Shown: positions 23,961 to 37,745 of the stretch, piece by piece | Numbering within the stretch: the stretch's first letter is position 1 | Layout of the letters: every line of letters begins with the position of its first letter | Assembly (NCBI GenBank): GCA_002633005.1 | Contig: NMRA01000446.1 | Span: forward strand, 177,156-241,155 | Length of the DNA stretch: 64,000 bases | Reading direction: 5' to 3' | Origin: Phoronis australis | Taxonomy: Eukaryota > Animalia > Phoronida | The notes under the pieces: model-generated | What the model was told of the DNA's origin: nothing | The model's database searches: none | The model's input: the letters and a program-made list of their open reading frames with translations, nothing else | Made by a program: the position numbers and the translations under genes

Positions 23961-26612
23961 AATTATGGTTACCATAGTGTGTCCTAACTTGGCGAGATAT
24001 TAGAGTATAATAAAACTAAGAAATTAGAATTTTACAATGCATTTGGGTAGTCAATGTCTCAAACCACTCACAAACTGGTGATCCGCGCATTTTAAGCTAT
24101 TGTATCTAGGGACAAGATTAGTTGTCAAAACACATTTCCACGCAAAACATATGGTTTCCAATAACTGTCATGGTCTACAAATCAACTGGTGACAAGTAGG
24201 TGTATTTTTTAAACAAAACCATGATTCAAATACAGCAAATAAAGTTCTTTAAATATTGAGCCAAAACACATGGTGTAAAAACAAATATGTACATGTCTGT
24301 CTAAATTCAACAATGTATTCATGAAAAAGACCTTGAAAATAGCAGCAGTACGAATGAGATTGATCTCGCACAGGCGTGTCACTCCAGTATATCAGTCGGC
24401 CACAGAATATGCTAAACCCAATTATGAGAATCCAGAGATATACACGTAGTGTTTTATTAACGAGTCCTAATTCAATATTGTCTGAATGATCAACTCTGAA
24501 TGGCAAATATTAACATAAGACGAGCTAACAAGACAGATTTTTCCTAATCGCTAGACATATTTGATCAGTGTCTAAGACACCGGTTCCAAGAACAATCTTT
24601 TGGGGACAATTTGAAAAGTGCAAAAATTATAATTTTGCATAAACCATTCACAGTAGAATGTTGAGCTATCACTCAGGTTTGAAACAAAAAAATTGTGATA
24701 CAAACTCTACATTTAGAATACATGCCAAAAGTAAAGTAATCAGACAGAACAGTGTTCCCCCACTGGTAGTAAGTTCCACAGGTGGCTCTATCTACACTGG
24801 TAGTGAGTTCCACAGGTGGCTCTACACTGGTAGTGAGTTCCACGGGTCGCTCTAGCTACACTAGTAGTGAGTTACGCTTACGCTCAGCTGTCATGAGCAG
24901 AATAACAGTCATTAACGCTGATTGTTTTTGGCCAGTAATGTTAGTGCACAGATATGAAGCTGTCCAAAAGAAAACTTTCATGTGATCCTGTGATAACCAT
25001 TTACAAAATCAAAATTCGATGACCCACATTTCTGGCAGTTGTAGAAAATTGATTCGTTGTAATAACACTAACTCTTCAATTACTAAGCACAAAACATTTT
25101 TTTTCATTTAAAGTATCTTGTGATAGATATTTGCATAAAAATAATTACCAAAATTGTCTTTTTCCGTTAGCTTGCTGGTGAAAGAACGGGTGCTTGACAA
25201 CATACTGTGTTATGACATCTAAACAGAGTAAACCCAGCTATTAATAACCTAAGGTTTTCCTAATCTCTGGAAAAAAATCTTAGAAAATAAAATCTCACCT
25301 GTGTCCACCTTATTGTGTGCTAAATAAGTGAAAAATTATAGCAATCAATACTTTGTCAAGAGGTATTTAGAAAACCTAAACACTGACATATCCAAACATA
25401 GAAGTTTTGCAAAGTATTTTTGTTACCAATTTAATATGTAAGGAAATTTGACAAATTAAAGATCCATATTAAAGATCCACATTCCAGCAAAGGAAAAACT
25501 AGAGCAACAATTTTAACGCCAACAAAATTTTCTTGAACTTCAGCTATTTTCCAACTTACACTGAGATTGTACCCTACACAGTTAGGGCAGTATTTTTAGT
25601 TTCAGAAAATCATGTTTTTCAATTTTTTACTTAAAACAAGAATGTTCTTCTGCGTGAAAATGTTCCCATAACTTTGAATACAAATTCTATTGATAGAACC
25701 TCATTTGTTTCCATAGATACTGGCATGCCTCACACCTCGAAAAAACAGTAATAAAATGAATGAAATCAATTATGGTATTTTATCACAACTCACGGTCCAT
25801 GGCTTCTTGTACTTCATAAAGACAGTAAAGAGTTTGTTCAGAACTAGACAACTCATTTTAGAAGTTGCAGCACAAATGAGAGCCTCTAAACCAGTCACTT
25901 ATAGACATTACCTTAGAGTAATCTAAGAGTCCATAATGAACCCACAGCAGTAAACAAGGCAATTCAAAGGCCCTGGATAGGCCTCACAATAGCCTAATAA
26001 CAGCCTGCTTCCTATATATGATTACAAGATTTTGTTCACAGGTCTTCAAGAACATTTATTTTAGCATGGAAAACAATACTAAGTGGGTCTGTGCTGAAAT
26101 TACACAACTAAGACAGCATGCCTGTCAGTGCTGCCTACAGTAATGAAGGCAACCCCTATTGTGACTCACTGATATGATGGCTGTCATCACCATACCCCAA
26201 TGGAGGTCTGAGGTATAATGATGGGGAATCCAGGGTAGAAAACTGGGTGGAATTCAGCGGATCTTGTAAACAAATTAAGTTGTTGTCACTGACAATACCA
26301 AGGGGGCAACAAGTGCCGTTTCCCCCAGCTCTACAGGCATGGGGTATACTCAGCTTTTTTACTGGGTGTGCACCTAGAATATGACCATTTGTAGGCTTCT
26401 TAACTTAGCAGAGAAGTGGGTCGATAATTGCCTTGTTGTTGCCTAAACCTCACTCAGGGTCTACAGCCCTACAAACATAAAACTAGCACAAGGCCTTACA
26501 AACATCAGGGGAATAGGATTGTCACAGATTACATAGTGAAACTTTAATCTTGCAGTATTTCCCACAATACTGCAACATCCACCAAGCAGTCTAAGCCATT
26601 GGAGATTGCATT

Positions 26613-27696
26613 GTTACTTGGCGAAATAAATTTCGGCAAGTATGTTGCTCTGTCACTAAGTTTGTTTGTTTTTACTTGGCGAAATAAATTTCTTCTGGAG
26701 GCTACAATTTTTTACGTAAGAGGCTAAGAATCGACACAGTAAATGGACCGGAAGTTTTCTACAATTATACCGGAAATTGTTTACTTCCGGTTAAAGATGG
26801 CGGAAATATCGACGATCGCGCATGCGCACCTCGATTTTGGTCTAAAAACATTTTCTCCTGTAGAGGGCGCATTATAAGATCAATTCCTTCGAATTTTTAC
26901 AGGTATTAGTTTCTTATGACATGCTATTATACAAAGCTGAAAAAAAGGAAGTTGCTTTCAAGATGGCGGATCTGGCACATGTTGACCCATTTTCAGTCGT
27001 GCTGGAGTGCGATTTTAAACGGGAAGAGAAAAAGACGTGATTTTTTGCATGTGGATTCTTTGAAGTATATTCTTTCAAATGGCCTGTAACAACTTTTTTC
27101 TCAGACTTACCGTTTTCGAGTTATTTGACTTTGAATTTCTTAAAAAAAACGCAAAATTTCATTTTGTTCAAAAAATTTACGGAATTAGGGGATACCATCA
27201 GTTTAGATAGAATTTTGAACGGGCTTTTAGAAGATGTTTTCCATTTTTCGCTAGGACGTCTACTTTTCGAGTTATTTGAGATTTTCCGATAACGCTGTTC
27301 CTTTGTTGAGCGCTCTTGCTGCATTGATGTTGGTTTATCTTCTATTGAACTGGACTGTAGCCTATTTCTTATTGATTTATGACATCTAAGTTCATCATAT
27401 GAATGTTGTGATGTTGTTCATCATCGCCACCACCATCATCATATTCGTCATCATCGTCATCATCTTCGTCATCATGTCCGTCGTTGTCTTTTCCGTTAAT
27501 CTCGCCAGGTGTCGCTCAAGACTGTAGCCTTTTTCTTACTGATTTCGGACTTCTACATTCGTCATGTGTATGTTATTATTACTTCTATTGTTCATTCTCG
27601 CCACCATCGTCGTCATATTCGTCATCTTCTTTATCGTCATCTTTTTGGTTAATTTCGCCAAGTTTCGCTCCTCACAGCGCTTTCATTTTATTTGTT
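26613..27696 (-). mobile_element. Helentron/HINE-like element, family B, full copy
   Basis: Hairpin tacttggcgaaataaatttcggcaagta at ~26615, (GTTT)n, repeated acttggcgaaat and the inverted aatttcgccaagt at ~27651. Internal ~170-bp repeats with (TCA/TCG)n. Ends in ttgtt. Confidence 0.65.
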
Positions 27697-28339
27697 GGTG
27701 TCCTGCTTTTATTCAAGATTTTATTACTGTGCTGTGGATAATGTCGAAAAGTACGATATCTTCTGACAATAATTCTTAGAATTAGCCCGACCCCACCCAC
27801 AATTTCTCAAATGAGGCCAATATAGCAACACATGTTCCTGAGATGCTTCAACACACCACATTAGCATTAGACACTTCTAGCGAGAAATCTTCGCTCATGG
27901 AATGGAAACAGTTAATTTTATCTCCTGTAATTCATTAACTCTTTTCTATCATTCATGAATTCAATCTCCCAATTGAACATTACAATCTTATGAAAAGTCA
28001 CTTAAATGGCCGCTGTCATTTTGCTAGATTATGCTAGTGAGAAATGCTCGCCTTTCACTTCCATGACCTTGCTTTCTGCCGAGAATCATTAAACATCCAA
28101 TATGGCGGATATGAAAACCAACCAGATGTGTGCAGTTTCTCCAGTTTCTTTAATTTCAGATACATCTCAACTTCACCCAGTTTCCTGTTGGTGAGTCTGG
28201 AACTCAGTTTGCTTGTCTCATGTTATAAACCAACTCAACTCTAATGCAACATTGTCTCCACTGTTTTGGCTTTCTGTTCATTGTATATCGTTTTTTAGCC
28301 AAATGGATTTAACTTGAGTGGATTAAAGGATGCACAATC

Positions 28340-28430
28340 TTAAAGGAGAATGCCACCCAATTTAATTAGTTTTGTTACCTTCTTAATCGATCTATATCCA
28401 AAACACCTCAAATACAGTCGATCTCACCTT
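28340..28430 (+). repeat. Dispersed repeat (TTAA|AGG transposon end); inverted copy at 55841-55936
   Basis: ttaaaggagaatgccaccc-atttaattagttttgttac...cagtc-atctcacctt matches the reverse complement of 55841-55936. Confidence 0.6.
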
Positions 28431-30851
28431 GCCGAAAGGTGTCACAGTGAGGAAGGTGAGTACACAACGCAGCAACATCAGTGGTTCTATGTGTCACTAT
28501 AGTTCCCGCTTGTGCGAACCATGAAGCTGCGAGGAAAGTGGGCAAAGCGAACAAGACTCTAGCATTTCGTTCCAGTCCTTTTTGAAAATCCCAAAGTTCT
28601 CCTTCGGTAGATAAAATTAAACTTGAAAATGCAAATTTTGGTCAGGAGAAGACACCCCTTTTCGAGAATCTTACAGTTATTAGAAAAACACCCACCTGAA
28701 TGACTGACTTAGGCAACATCTGTGGGACTAAAGTAAATTCACTCCCCACTTCGCATCAATTAACTATATTTCACAAATCACCTCTCATCTCGGAATAAAG
28801 TTCTCGACTTACATAACTTAAAAAGACAGTGACCAGTCCCAGGGACTGGAACTGGTCACCACTGATTCACGTGACTACCCAGACAAAATAACACCAAGAG
28901 TAATATGACCTCTTGCAGAATGTCTACTATATCGTAAAAACTTTGGCACACCATTATGGCAAACAAAAAATGACTTTTCGGGGAAAAGTTATATTGCTTT
29001 CAGCATAGTTTGTATGGCATAGCTTAATCACCAGACAACTTTTGCTTAAATTTTGAACACTTGCGACAATGTGGTAAGCCTGCGAAAAAAGAGAAATATG
29101 GCAATTTTAGCGATTACTTTTGTTCCAAACTGTAGAATTTCTTTGATCACTTAAAACAAACAGTTTAGAATAAAAAAATATGCAAAATATCATTTTACGC
29201 ATCAAAAATAACCTCAGGAAAACATAGTTAAGCACCTTATGGAAACAGATTAATTGCATTGTGTAAGAGCATTAGTCTATGGTCGAACCCACAATGCACT
29301 ATAGTTAATACCCACAATGCACTATAGTTAATACCCACAATGAACTAATTGGTCAATACCCACAATGTACTAATTAGTAAAGTTGTAACTCCAGTTAACA
29401 GTGCATTATTATAATCAATGAAATCCATGTACAGGTAATACTTCAGCAATTCGGCAATCCACAAGTGCATTCTGGGGAAATGTGGAAAGGCAATCAAGTA
29501 AACATTGGTGGGCATAACATGTGAATTCAACCAACCTCGTGACAATAAATTCTCACGACATGAAATAAAGACAGCAGACTCGTTGTCCGAAACAGTCAAG
29601 TGAAAGTGTTACCCATCACAAAGTATGTTTTGTTCGGTTTCTGAATGTGCACACTGGTTTGATGCATGTGAGATATGAGTTATATTCAACAAATAATTAT
29701 ATAGTAACCCTGTTGATTTTAAACAAATAAAATTTTTGCCTAACAAACGCAAAGTGCAAATCAAAGAACAAGGATACTAAAATGTCTGAGTTTTGTTTTA
29801 AGCCCTCATGGTAATAACATTTATGATAGTCATTCATAAAAACGATAATCAAAATTGTTTAACTTGACTTTAATGAGTCATGAACTGTAGTCCAACAAAC
29901 AATTTTCTATATAGTGGACAACATTCTGCATTCTTGTATGGCATAAAACCTACTGGGATATTTCCCAGCATTTTTTGATAAATTTTGCAGCTATCCTGAT
30001 GTCAAATTGTCACTGCTGTGTAGATGGATATTCCAATGAGTCACACTTAATGTCCAATGCATCAAAATGTCCATTCATGCAAAGAGCGGCATTGCTCACC
30101 AGAATTAGAAATTGCGTCAAGCCAAAGGCATTTCTGTGCTTTCACAATGCTAGAGAGGCAATTACACTCATCAAAACGGGGAGAATTTGACATCTTTCCG
30201 TGAGTTATGGATATTCTTCAAAATTCGAGAGCTTCCTACCAAAAGCTAATTGGAAGGGTTGGCAAAACCACTGTTACATTTCTCTGGCCTTATTTTTCTC
30301 GAATATATGTTTTATGTAGTGCACTGCAGACAGAAACACAGTGCGGCAGACCGCGTCGCTAAAAGCGGAGGCATTGAAGCCGGCAGGGTTCGTAAACTTT
30401 TTGAACATGGGCAGAAAATAAAGTGACAAAATGTTCAAGTATCATATTTTGAAGTAAATCCATGACCCATTATAATTCACATTGCCAAACCGCCGACTCG
30501 GAGACCATCGTTGCACTCTAGTTGTGATCATCGATCTAAAAGTCGGGGAATCGCGCATTTACATAGCACTGGGCGCTAAATCTTTAATCTTTAAAAGTCG
30601 GGGATGGGCGCTTAACCGAGAGGTGGGTGCTTAACTGGAAATCTTCAAAAATCGCAGATGGGCGGTTAACCGAGCAGTGGGCGGTTAAATCGAAAATCCA
30701 CCTAAACTAGAGGGTGGGCGGTTAACTGAGCATGGGCGTTAACCCAAACGTTTTATGGTATATATAATGCAAAGCATAGGAAAAGGGGTGAAAGCATTAG
30801 CAATAAAGCTACAATGCAGGTAGTTAAAATCGGAAAGTTATGAAAACAAAC

Positions 30852-31115
30852 CTTCATACTACTGCGTGTCGTTTGGGTCTCAGCCTCAGTGATGGTAATA
30901 GTTCCTTTTCTTTCCACCAGGGTTTTCCGATTATTGGAGCCGCTAGATTTAGTGGTTAGTGAGAGTGAATCTGCTGTTTCCGTCTTGATGACCATGTGCG
31001 TGTTGCCAGTATGGTGGTGCGTGATTACAGAGGAGTGTCGCGAACTCGACTCATCCGAATCTCGACAGTATACAATACCAGTCTGAGACACATGGACGCT
31101 GGGTGTGCAGCCCAT
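30852..31115 (-). CDS. PDE8: PDE8 cAMP phosphodiesterase, first coding exon ([23 protein letters not shown]...TTRSSMK)
   Basis: The N-terminus closely resembles the vertebrate PDE8 start ([23 protein letters not shown]). Exon ends AAG|gtttgt, phase 0. A polypyrimidine tract plus acceptor ag at 31133-31132 implies an upstream non-coding exon. Confidence 0.93.
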
Positions 31116-31739
31116 GGTACTCTACATGTCCCTGTAAATGGATATCAAATAAAATTAAGAACAGAGACGAGATGAAAAACACACAAATGCATAGCCTAAT
31201 TTTTAACAGTAAACACATTTGTTAACCATTGCAATGAGACCCCACCAGGTGATCATCTCCTGCAAAAGGGGACAGTTGTGATCCCTGCAACGTAAAGTTT
31301 TAACTTAAGGTACATCTGGCTGAAATATTCATAATTTAAGTCATATACATGAAACTAGATGAATTATAATCTACACCAGTTTTGAACATTGCGTTTTTAG
31401 ACTGATAGCTATTTTTTCAAACAGGTTGTGCATCATTCAATATGTCACAAACACACCGCAGTCGTGTAGAACAATGTTATTAAAAGTAGATTGAGGCATT
31501 ATATTGGATATCAAAATATTCCCATTGGACAGTGTAGTGCACTCTACATGTACTCAAACAGGGATATCAAATATCAGTTGACAATGATATGCAATAATAT
31601 TGACACAGGATACATATGCACACACAATGTTGTTAACAAGATGTGAAGTGACAAAAATAGCAGATTAAGTGATTCTACAAAATGATGCTAAGGTTGTGGT
31701 AGGACCCTCGAAAAATGTGCAAATTTGACTAACTTCGGA

Positions 31740-31810
31740 ATACCATATCTAATACCATATCTAATACCATATCTAATACCATATCTAATACCATATCTAA
31801 TACCATATCT
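31740..31810. repeat. 12-bp tandem repeat (taccatatctaa) x6
   Basis: Directly visible. Confidence 0.92.
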
Positions 31811-32301
31811 CAGAAATGGTGGACGGAATGGATTCACAAGAAACTTTCAGGTAATGTGCTTGATACACTTTTCCCCAAAATGAAATTGTTTTTAAATTGA
31901 TCCACTTTTGCATGAATCCGGGTTATCAAAAACACAGGACACAGTAATTTCTGATAAAACCATAAAACGAAAACTAAATGTTATTGGAAAACCGTGACAG
32001 CGTTTTTGAGAATTCAAATATTTCATCAAATTTGGCCACGTCATCATTATCATTGTTTTGCTATGAATGTGCCTTTCTGTTGTTAAATTTTACTGAAAAA
32101 AACATGGTCATTTGACCCAATAAACGACAAACTGGTATTAAGTTAAAATCCAAATTCTACAGACTTTCTACTTTCAGAAAATATATACTTATGAGTTTTG
32201 TTGATATTTGGCAAACACACAGATTTGCTTATAAGGTCTGACATATTTTACTTTACCTGATAGACCACAACACTCCAGGAGGGACACCAAATATCAGTTA
32301 A

Positions 32302-32366
32302 CGCACACGCACATGCACACACATGCACACGCACATGCACACGCACATGCACACGCACATGCACAC
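32302..32366. repeat. (GCACAC/GCACAT)n microsatellite
   Basis: Directly visible. Explains the HAHAHA ORF. Confidence 0.9.
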
Positions 32367-32916
32367 ATTACATATAATACACCATATCCAAATGACTTGA
32401 AGAAAGGTTCCACTAACATCACAATTATCATGAGATACAACTTCACTTTGGATATTCAATTTAAACCGGACATTGATAGCACTAAGACCATCTAACTATA
32501 CTTAACCAAGCTCGTTAATTAATATACCTCAATTCATTACCATAACATGATACCTCACATGATAATGTGAACACAAATTATGAATTCATTTAACAAGACA
32601 CCAAGTAGCAATTTGCATTTGAACTCGTGTTTTTGAAACTTCCAATAAAATTGTTGTGAATGGTATCATCCTGTGTTATTGCCTTGAAAGTGGACATTAG
32701 GCATCCATTTAAGGACATATGAAGCATCAATTTACTTCTGAAGTGACGTTTTTTAAATTTAATATTAATAAAATTTGGTGCATTCCTTCAAATAGCTATG
32801 AATTCTGTCTTCCGAGCTCATTAGTTTTAACAAGAAAGCAATTTTAAAATATCTGACAGTTGATAGAAAAAACATATCATTTACATAATTCAATGCACTG
32901 TATCTTGTACTATCAT

Positions 32917-33082
32917 AAATTTATCACCAGTATTATGCTTAATTTATCACCAGTATTATGCTTAATTTATCACCAGTATTATGCTTAATTTATCACCAGT
33001 ATTATGCTTAATTTATCACCAGTATTATGCTTAATTTATCACCAGTATTATGCTTAATTTATCACCAGTATTATGCTTAATT
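32917..33082. repeat. 23-bp perfect tandem repeat x7
   Basis: aatttatcaccagtattatgctt. Confidence 0.95.
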
Positions 33083-34758
33083 TGTCAGTTCTTGTCCAAT
33101 GGTTTGTACAGCTGTAAACAGGCTAATTACTGAAGCCTATTTTTGCAAAAACAAACTGAGTAAGCCAAAAGACACAGTTGAGTTTATGTATAAGATATAA
33201 GTGAAGCAGTGAGTTTTTATCTTATGGATGTATTTGGAAATGACATTTTGTCCCAAGTTTTAGTGAAATTCTAATGTGATCCATCCACATTATCTTCAGT
33301 TATTGAATCCCTGACCTCAATGCAATAGTGACGATTTATTTCAACTAAATTCAAGAGTAAAATTCATGAGCTAAATTCATGACCCAATAATTTAGTATAT
33401 CTCGAGCCTTATTCACAAAAATGTCCATTTTTACTATATTTGACATGTCTAGCAAAAATTTCCTATTTTCATTCTCGGGTAACTTCAAATGGGAAATTTA
33501 TATCATATAGCTAGAAAAAAATGATTTAACAGAACTATCTTGGAACCGCAAAACAACGTGGAAATTTGTTTACTATACTTATCCGAGGTCACAATTTACG
33601 CGGCTGTCACTCAAATCAAATCTCCCTTCAGGCAGCTCTGTATGTACTCCTAGTGTTTTCATTCACCCAGTCGCCATAATATTGTGTCTAAGACATATTA
33701 GAGAAAGATGCCGAGGAAAACAAAGGCAAGACGCAGCTTTGATTCTAAGACAGTTGTGTGTCTGCATACATACGACCATTGAGAACAAGTGATACGAGTC
33801 GCCTCACACCTCTGTGACTTTGTGTTCACGACCATAGCAAGTTGTGAAAAGAGATAAATCCTCACCCAAATTCCTTAATTCAGGTAGTTTGACACTTCGC
33901 CGTTTTGATCTCAAGCTCACGACATGCTTTACCAACAACCTAATTTCTGCGTGTCGATTTCGTACTTGGGTTTCATATCAATCTCCCAGCGCGTGGTGTA
34001 TCTAACAATGAACTGTTGACCTACTTTAAAGTAGACCCACAATGCACCAGCTTGACCCACTTAATATGTTGGCTCCGCCCATGACCTGGTTGGACACAAT
34101 ACAGTGGAAAAAGACTTGGTTTGTGATAATTAAGGTAATTACGCGCTGCAAATTCAGATGACATGGAGAGTGAATGCTGAAATAATGAACGTGGCTAAAG
34201 GATGCATAGGTTATATCGACTGAAAACAAGTTTTCACAGACCTTGACATTTCCATCTCTCGGTTTGGTTGGCTTTTTGTCAGCTTCATCAAACCCCTTAA
34301 TTTGAATTTAGGAAAACGAGTTCTCGAAAACGGCTTGGTGTATTTCGCTGAAACTTTCCAAACTTAATATTTACTCATCAGTCTCAAAAACACTGTTAGA
34401 ATTTTTTTATATAAACTCCTAGTTTTTGTGTAATAAAACAAAGACGAGGAGTACGATGGCCATTTTTGTAAAAAATATCTTACGTTTTACGATTTGATTT
34501 GTCACAGAAATCAAACGAAAACACAAATTGAAAATTCCTAACGGTGTTTTTGAGGTAAATGGTGAAGCTATCAGGAAATTTTGACTTTAGAAGGTGTTAA
34601 CGTAATAATTATAAAGGTACATAAATACAAAACCTATTTTTATATTCCCTGACCTTTGTTCTTTCAGAAAATATATACTTTTACTAGTTGACAATGCCTG
34701 TCTTTTTGATATACGAGTTAAAATGGACGTACCTAAATAAGGTTTGAGATAACCTTAA

Positions 34759-36387
34759 AAGGGAACTGCATTTTATTCTGAATAAATTCTGGATAGTTTT
34801 CCATGAATTGATGATTAATTTCACAAATAACTCAACAACATAAATTAAGCTTATATTCTCTAACGACGCTTAAAAAATTACCGGCTTGGAGCGCTGGTTA
34901 GTCTCGTGACGTATTTGGCGGGGGCAGTCACTGTCCTGTGTTAGCGTGCAATCAAGTAGCGTTTTTCATACTGTCGGAATAAGAAATTTTAGCGTGAAAT
35001 GTTGGGTCACCAGGAATACCTGTTTGATCGAGGCAACACAAAGTGATACCCAGTCATCGTCAGACGAAAATTTGCCGGTTTAACCAGTCCGTATCAACAA
35101 TTTACACTGGTGTGACTGTGCCGAGGGCAATGTGGACTCCAGCCAGCCAGTCAGCCAGCTGTCAGCCAATACTCTGCTGTTAACTTGAAGGGTTGGTAAG
35201 TTACCGACTACAGCTGTATGAAGACTATCGTACCACTGTGTGTTGAGCTTCTTTAACCCCGAAATTTCAGACAGCCGTTGACTACCCGGGTATAGTTGAC
35301 TTATGCTCGTCACCTCCTCGTAAAACTTAGGCTACATCAACATATAAAGCTAACGGACCGGCGGGGGCGCATGCAAAATCTGGTAGTCACCCGACACTCC
35401 CACTGCTTGCAGCCGTTTAGGTGGAAAACAATCAAATAAACGTCATTTGGTAGCATAATTTTCCGCCTTTTTAACAAAGAAGTGTGTCGTCCGTTCAAAA
35501 ACAGCACGCTCGTAACACGGCGCACGCGCCATTTCCTAAAAATTTGAGACGTCTTTTGGGACATAATGACAGCTTCGCAGCACCAAGATTGTTCTAAAAT
35601 TCGGTTTGTTGGTATAAAAATACTAAAAACTCGTAACAAAATGAAACAAGTTCCTATAATTTGTTATAACATGTACGCAACCTAGGTACCGTCAGCGACG
35701 AACACTTGATAAAAGAATCGGGGGGAAAGAAACTGGTAAAGGTCAGGTGACGTAATCGCAAAAAGCCGACTCAAGAGAACACATTACGATTTTAGCAGCA
35801 GCCGATGAACGATCGCTAACTTTTCCAACACCGGTAAATACAGAAGTTAGTTTACTCTAGGAACCTGCATGGTTCCTATGTTTACTCAAGGATGAGATTA
35901 GTTTTAATGACATTAAGTCATACTTTATTTGTCCATTTTTTACCCATATCGGCTTTTGAAAACCTGTAGGCCTATATTTAGTATATAGCTTTGGGCCAAG
36001 GCTTGGGTAACCCGACGATAGTATGCGATGACCATCCCTTAAAAGACACCTTTTTCGAAGAGTTTGATCAAGCAGGTGCCATACAAAAAGGCATAGCGAA
36101 CCTTTTACAGCACTGTGACAAACAATAAAAATAAGGACGATTGATACAATGATAAATTACAATGTAAACTCTTCAAAATATGACATAAGCAATGAATGTC
36201 TAAAGCAGCCTATACCCCGCCATTCACGTCACTGACACATCAGCCAATCAGCGATCGCTTTCAGAATTCAGTGTTTTAACCATGAATACGAATCGGCTGT
36301 TGTTTGGCACGCAAGTCAGGCAAATATGAGTTTTATTTGTATGTTAGAACCGATTAAGTGCAACATTATTTTGACTACAGTCCCCTT
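34759..36387. mobile_element. TTAA-flanked non-autonomous DNA element (Kolobok-like), ~1.6 kb
   Basis: TTAA|AAGGGAACTGCA ... TACAGTCCCCTT|TTAA with a CpG-rich interior. Segment 35480-35690 recurs at ~58790-58960. Confidence 0.5.
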
Positions 36388-37745
36388 TTAAAGAACATAC
36401 TTGAAGTGAAATGATGACGTGAAATGATGAAGTAAAATTATGAATTCATGAATTTTTCTTGTTTGCCTAAATACATGAGCCAAAATTCAGGAATGTAATT
36501 CAGGAACTACACTCATGAGTCCTGAAACATCCATCCACTCTCCCAAACATGAGTTCAGAGTAAAACGGAGTTCAGAGTAAATGACACAATTTTCATGATT
36601 TTGTTTATCAATTGGGCAAACTTTACTAACTATACTGGTATTTTGAACTTTTTCTATAAAATGAAATTGATAACAATTCTTTAAACCAAACATGAGATGT
36701 AATGAGAAAGTTTCCAAACATGTCTACTTAGTCCCAATGAGATGTGTTCTCCCAGTTTTCCAATTTGATAATTCTGCTGTCTCAGAGATGCCCATCGCTT
36801 TAGAGTTGCAGCCATGATATGAAAGGACAGTTGGGCATCACAGAAACAGGGACTGACACTTGTACTGCAAGTGATTCAGCCAATCAGAGGCAGTCTGTCA
36901 GTTCTAGTTTGGGCACTGTGTAATAACAGAGTTGATAATGTAAAGCTGTTGTTACACCAGACTTAAATATGACTTAAAGCCTATCTTCAATGGTAACACC
37001 GCTAAATTTGGTTCCTACACTATGTTAAGAGCATCGGTCTGAGCCCACTAGTGTCATAAATTGCCAAATGTAACGAACTGTTAGGCATATTTGCTTGCTT
37101 TTGTCTACGTCACTACGAGAATCACCATTTTATTAAACAAATGCCAATAACACAGACATGCAATGGTGTTCTATTCAGACCCCTGTTCAATGCAACCTTG
37201 CTGTTTGTGCTGGAATCTGGCAGTGCTGCAACAAGGCACGAAAAGGCAGCTTCACTTATCATTTGACGGACTTACATTTGCATGATTGAACTCGCATTTT
37301 CTTATTTTACTAAAGCTTTGCTATTCTTGTTAGCCCAATACATCTAAAATAACAAAATTCCCTTGAAGTTAGCCATCATGGTGTTACATACACTGGTGGT
37401 ATTACACTGGGTGTATCCTTTGTCCCTTGGTGTTACCCTACAGTATATGTAAAACAGGTAGTGTAACACACTATCCTTTCACAGGCTACATATATGGTTT
37501 GCATCAGTTGGTAATTTACTCTTCTAATTCCCCTTCGAGTTGGACATTTGCCTGTGATATTTCCCTCCATGCAACACAAGATGATCTTGTGTTGCATGGA
37601 GGGAAATTACACACCATTTGGATTTAGTAATCTCACCACCTATATGCCTTGCTATACCAAGACTAGATTAGGCAAGGTGCTTTACCCCTGCCAATAAGCA
37701 AGTCAAGCCTGTTCATAAAGACAAGCCTGTGTTAACTGAGCTAAT

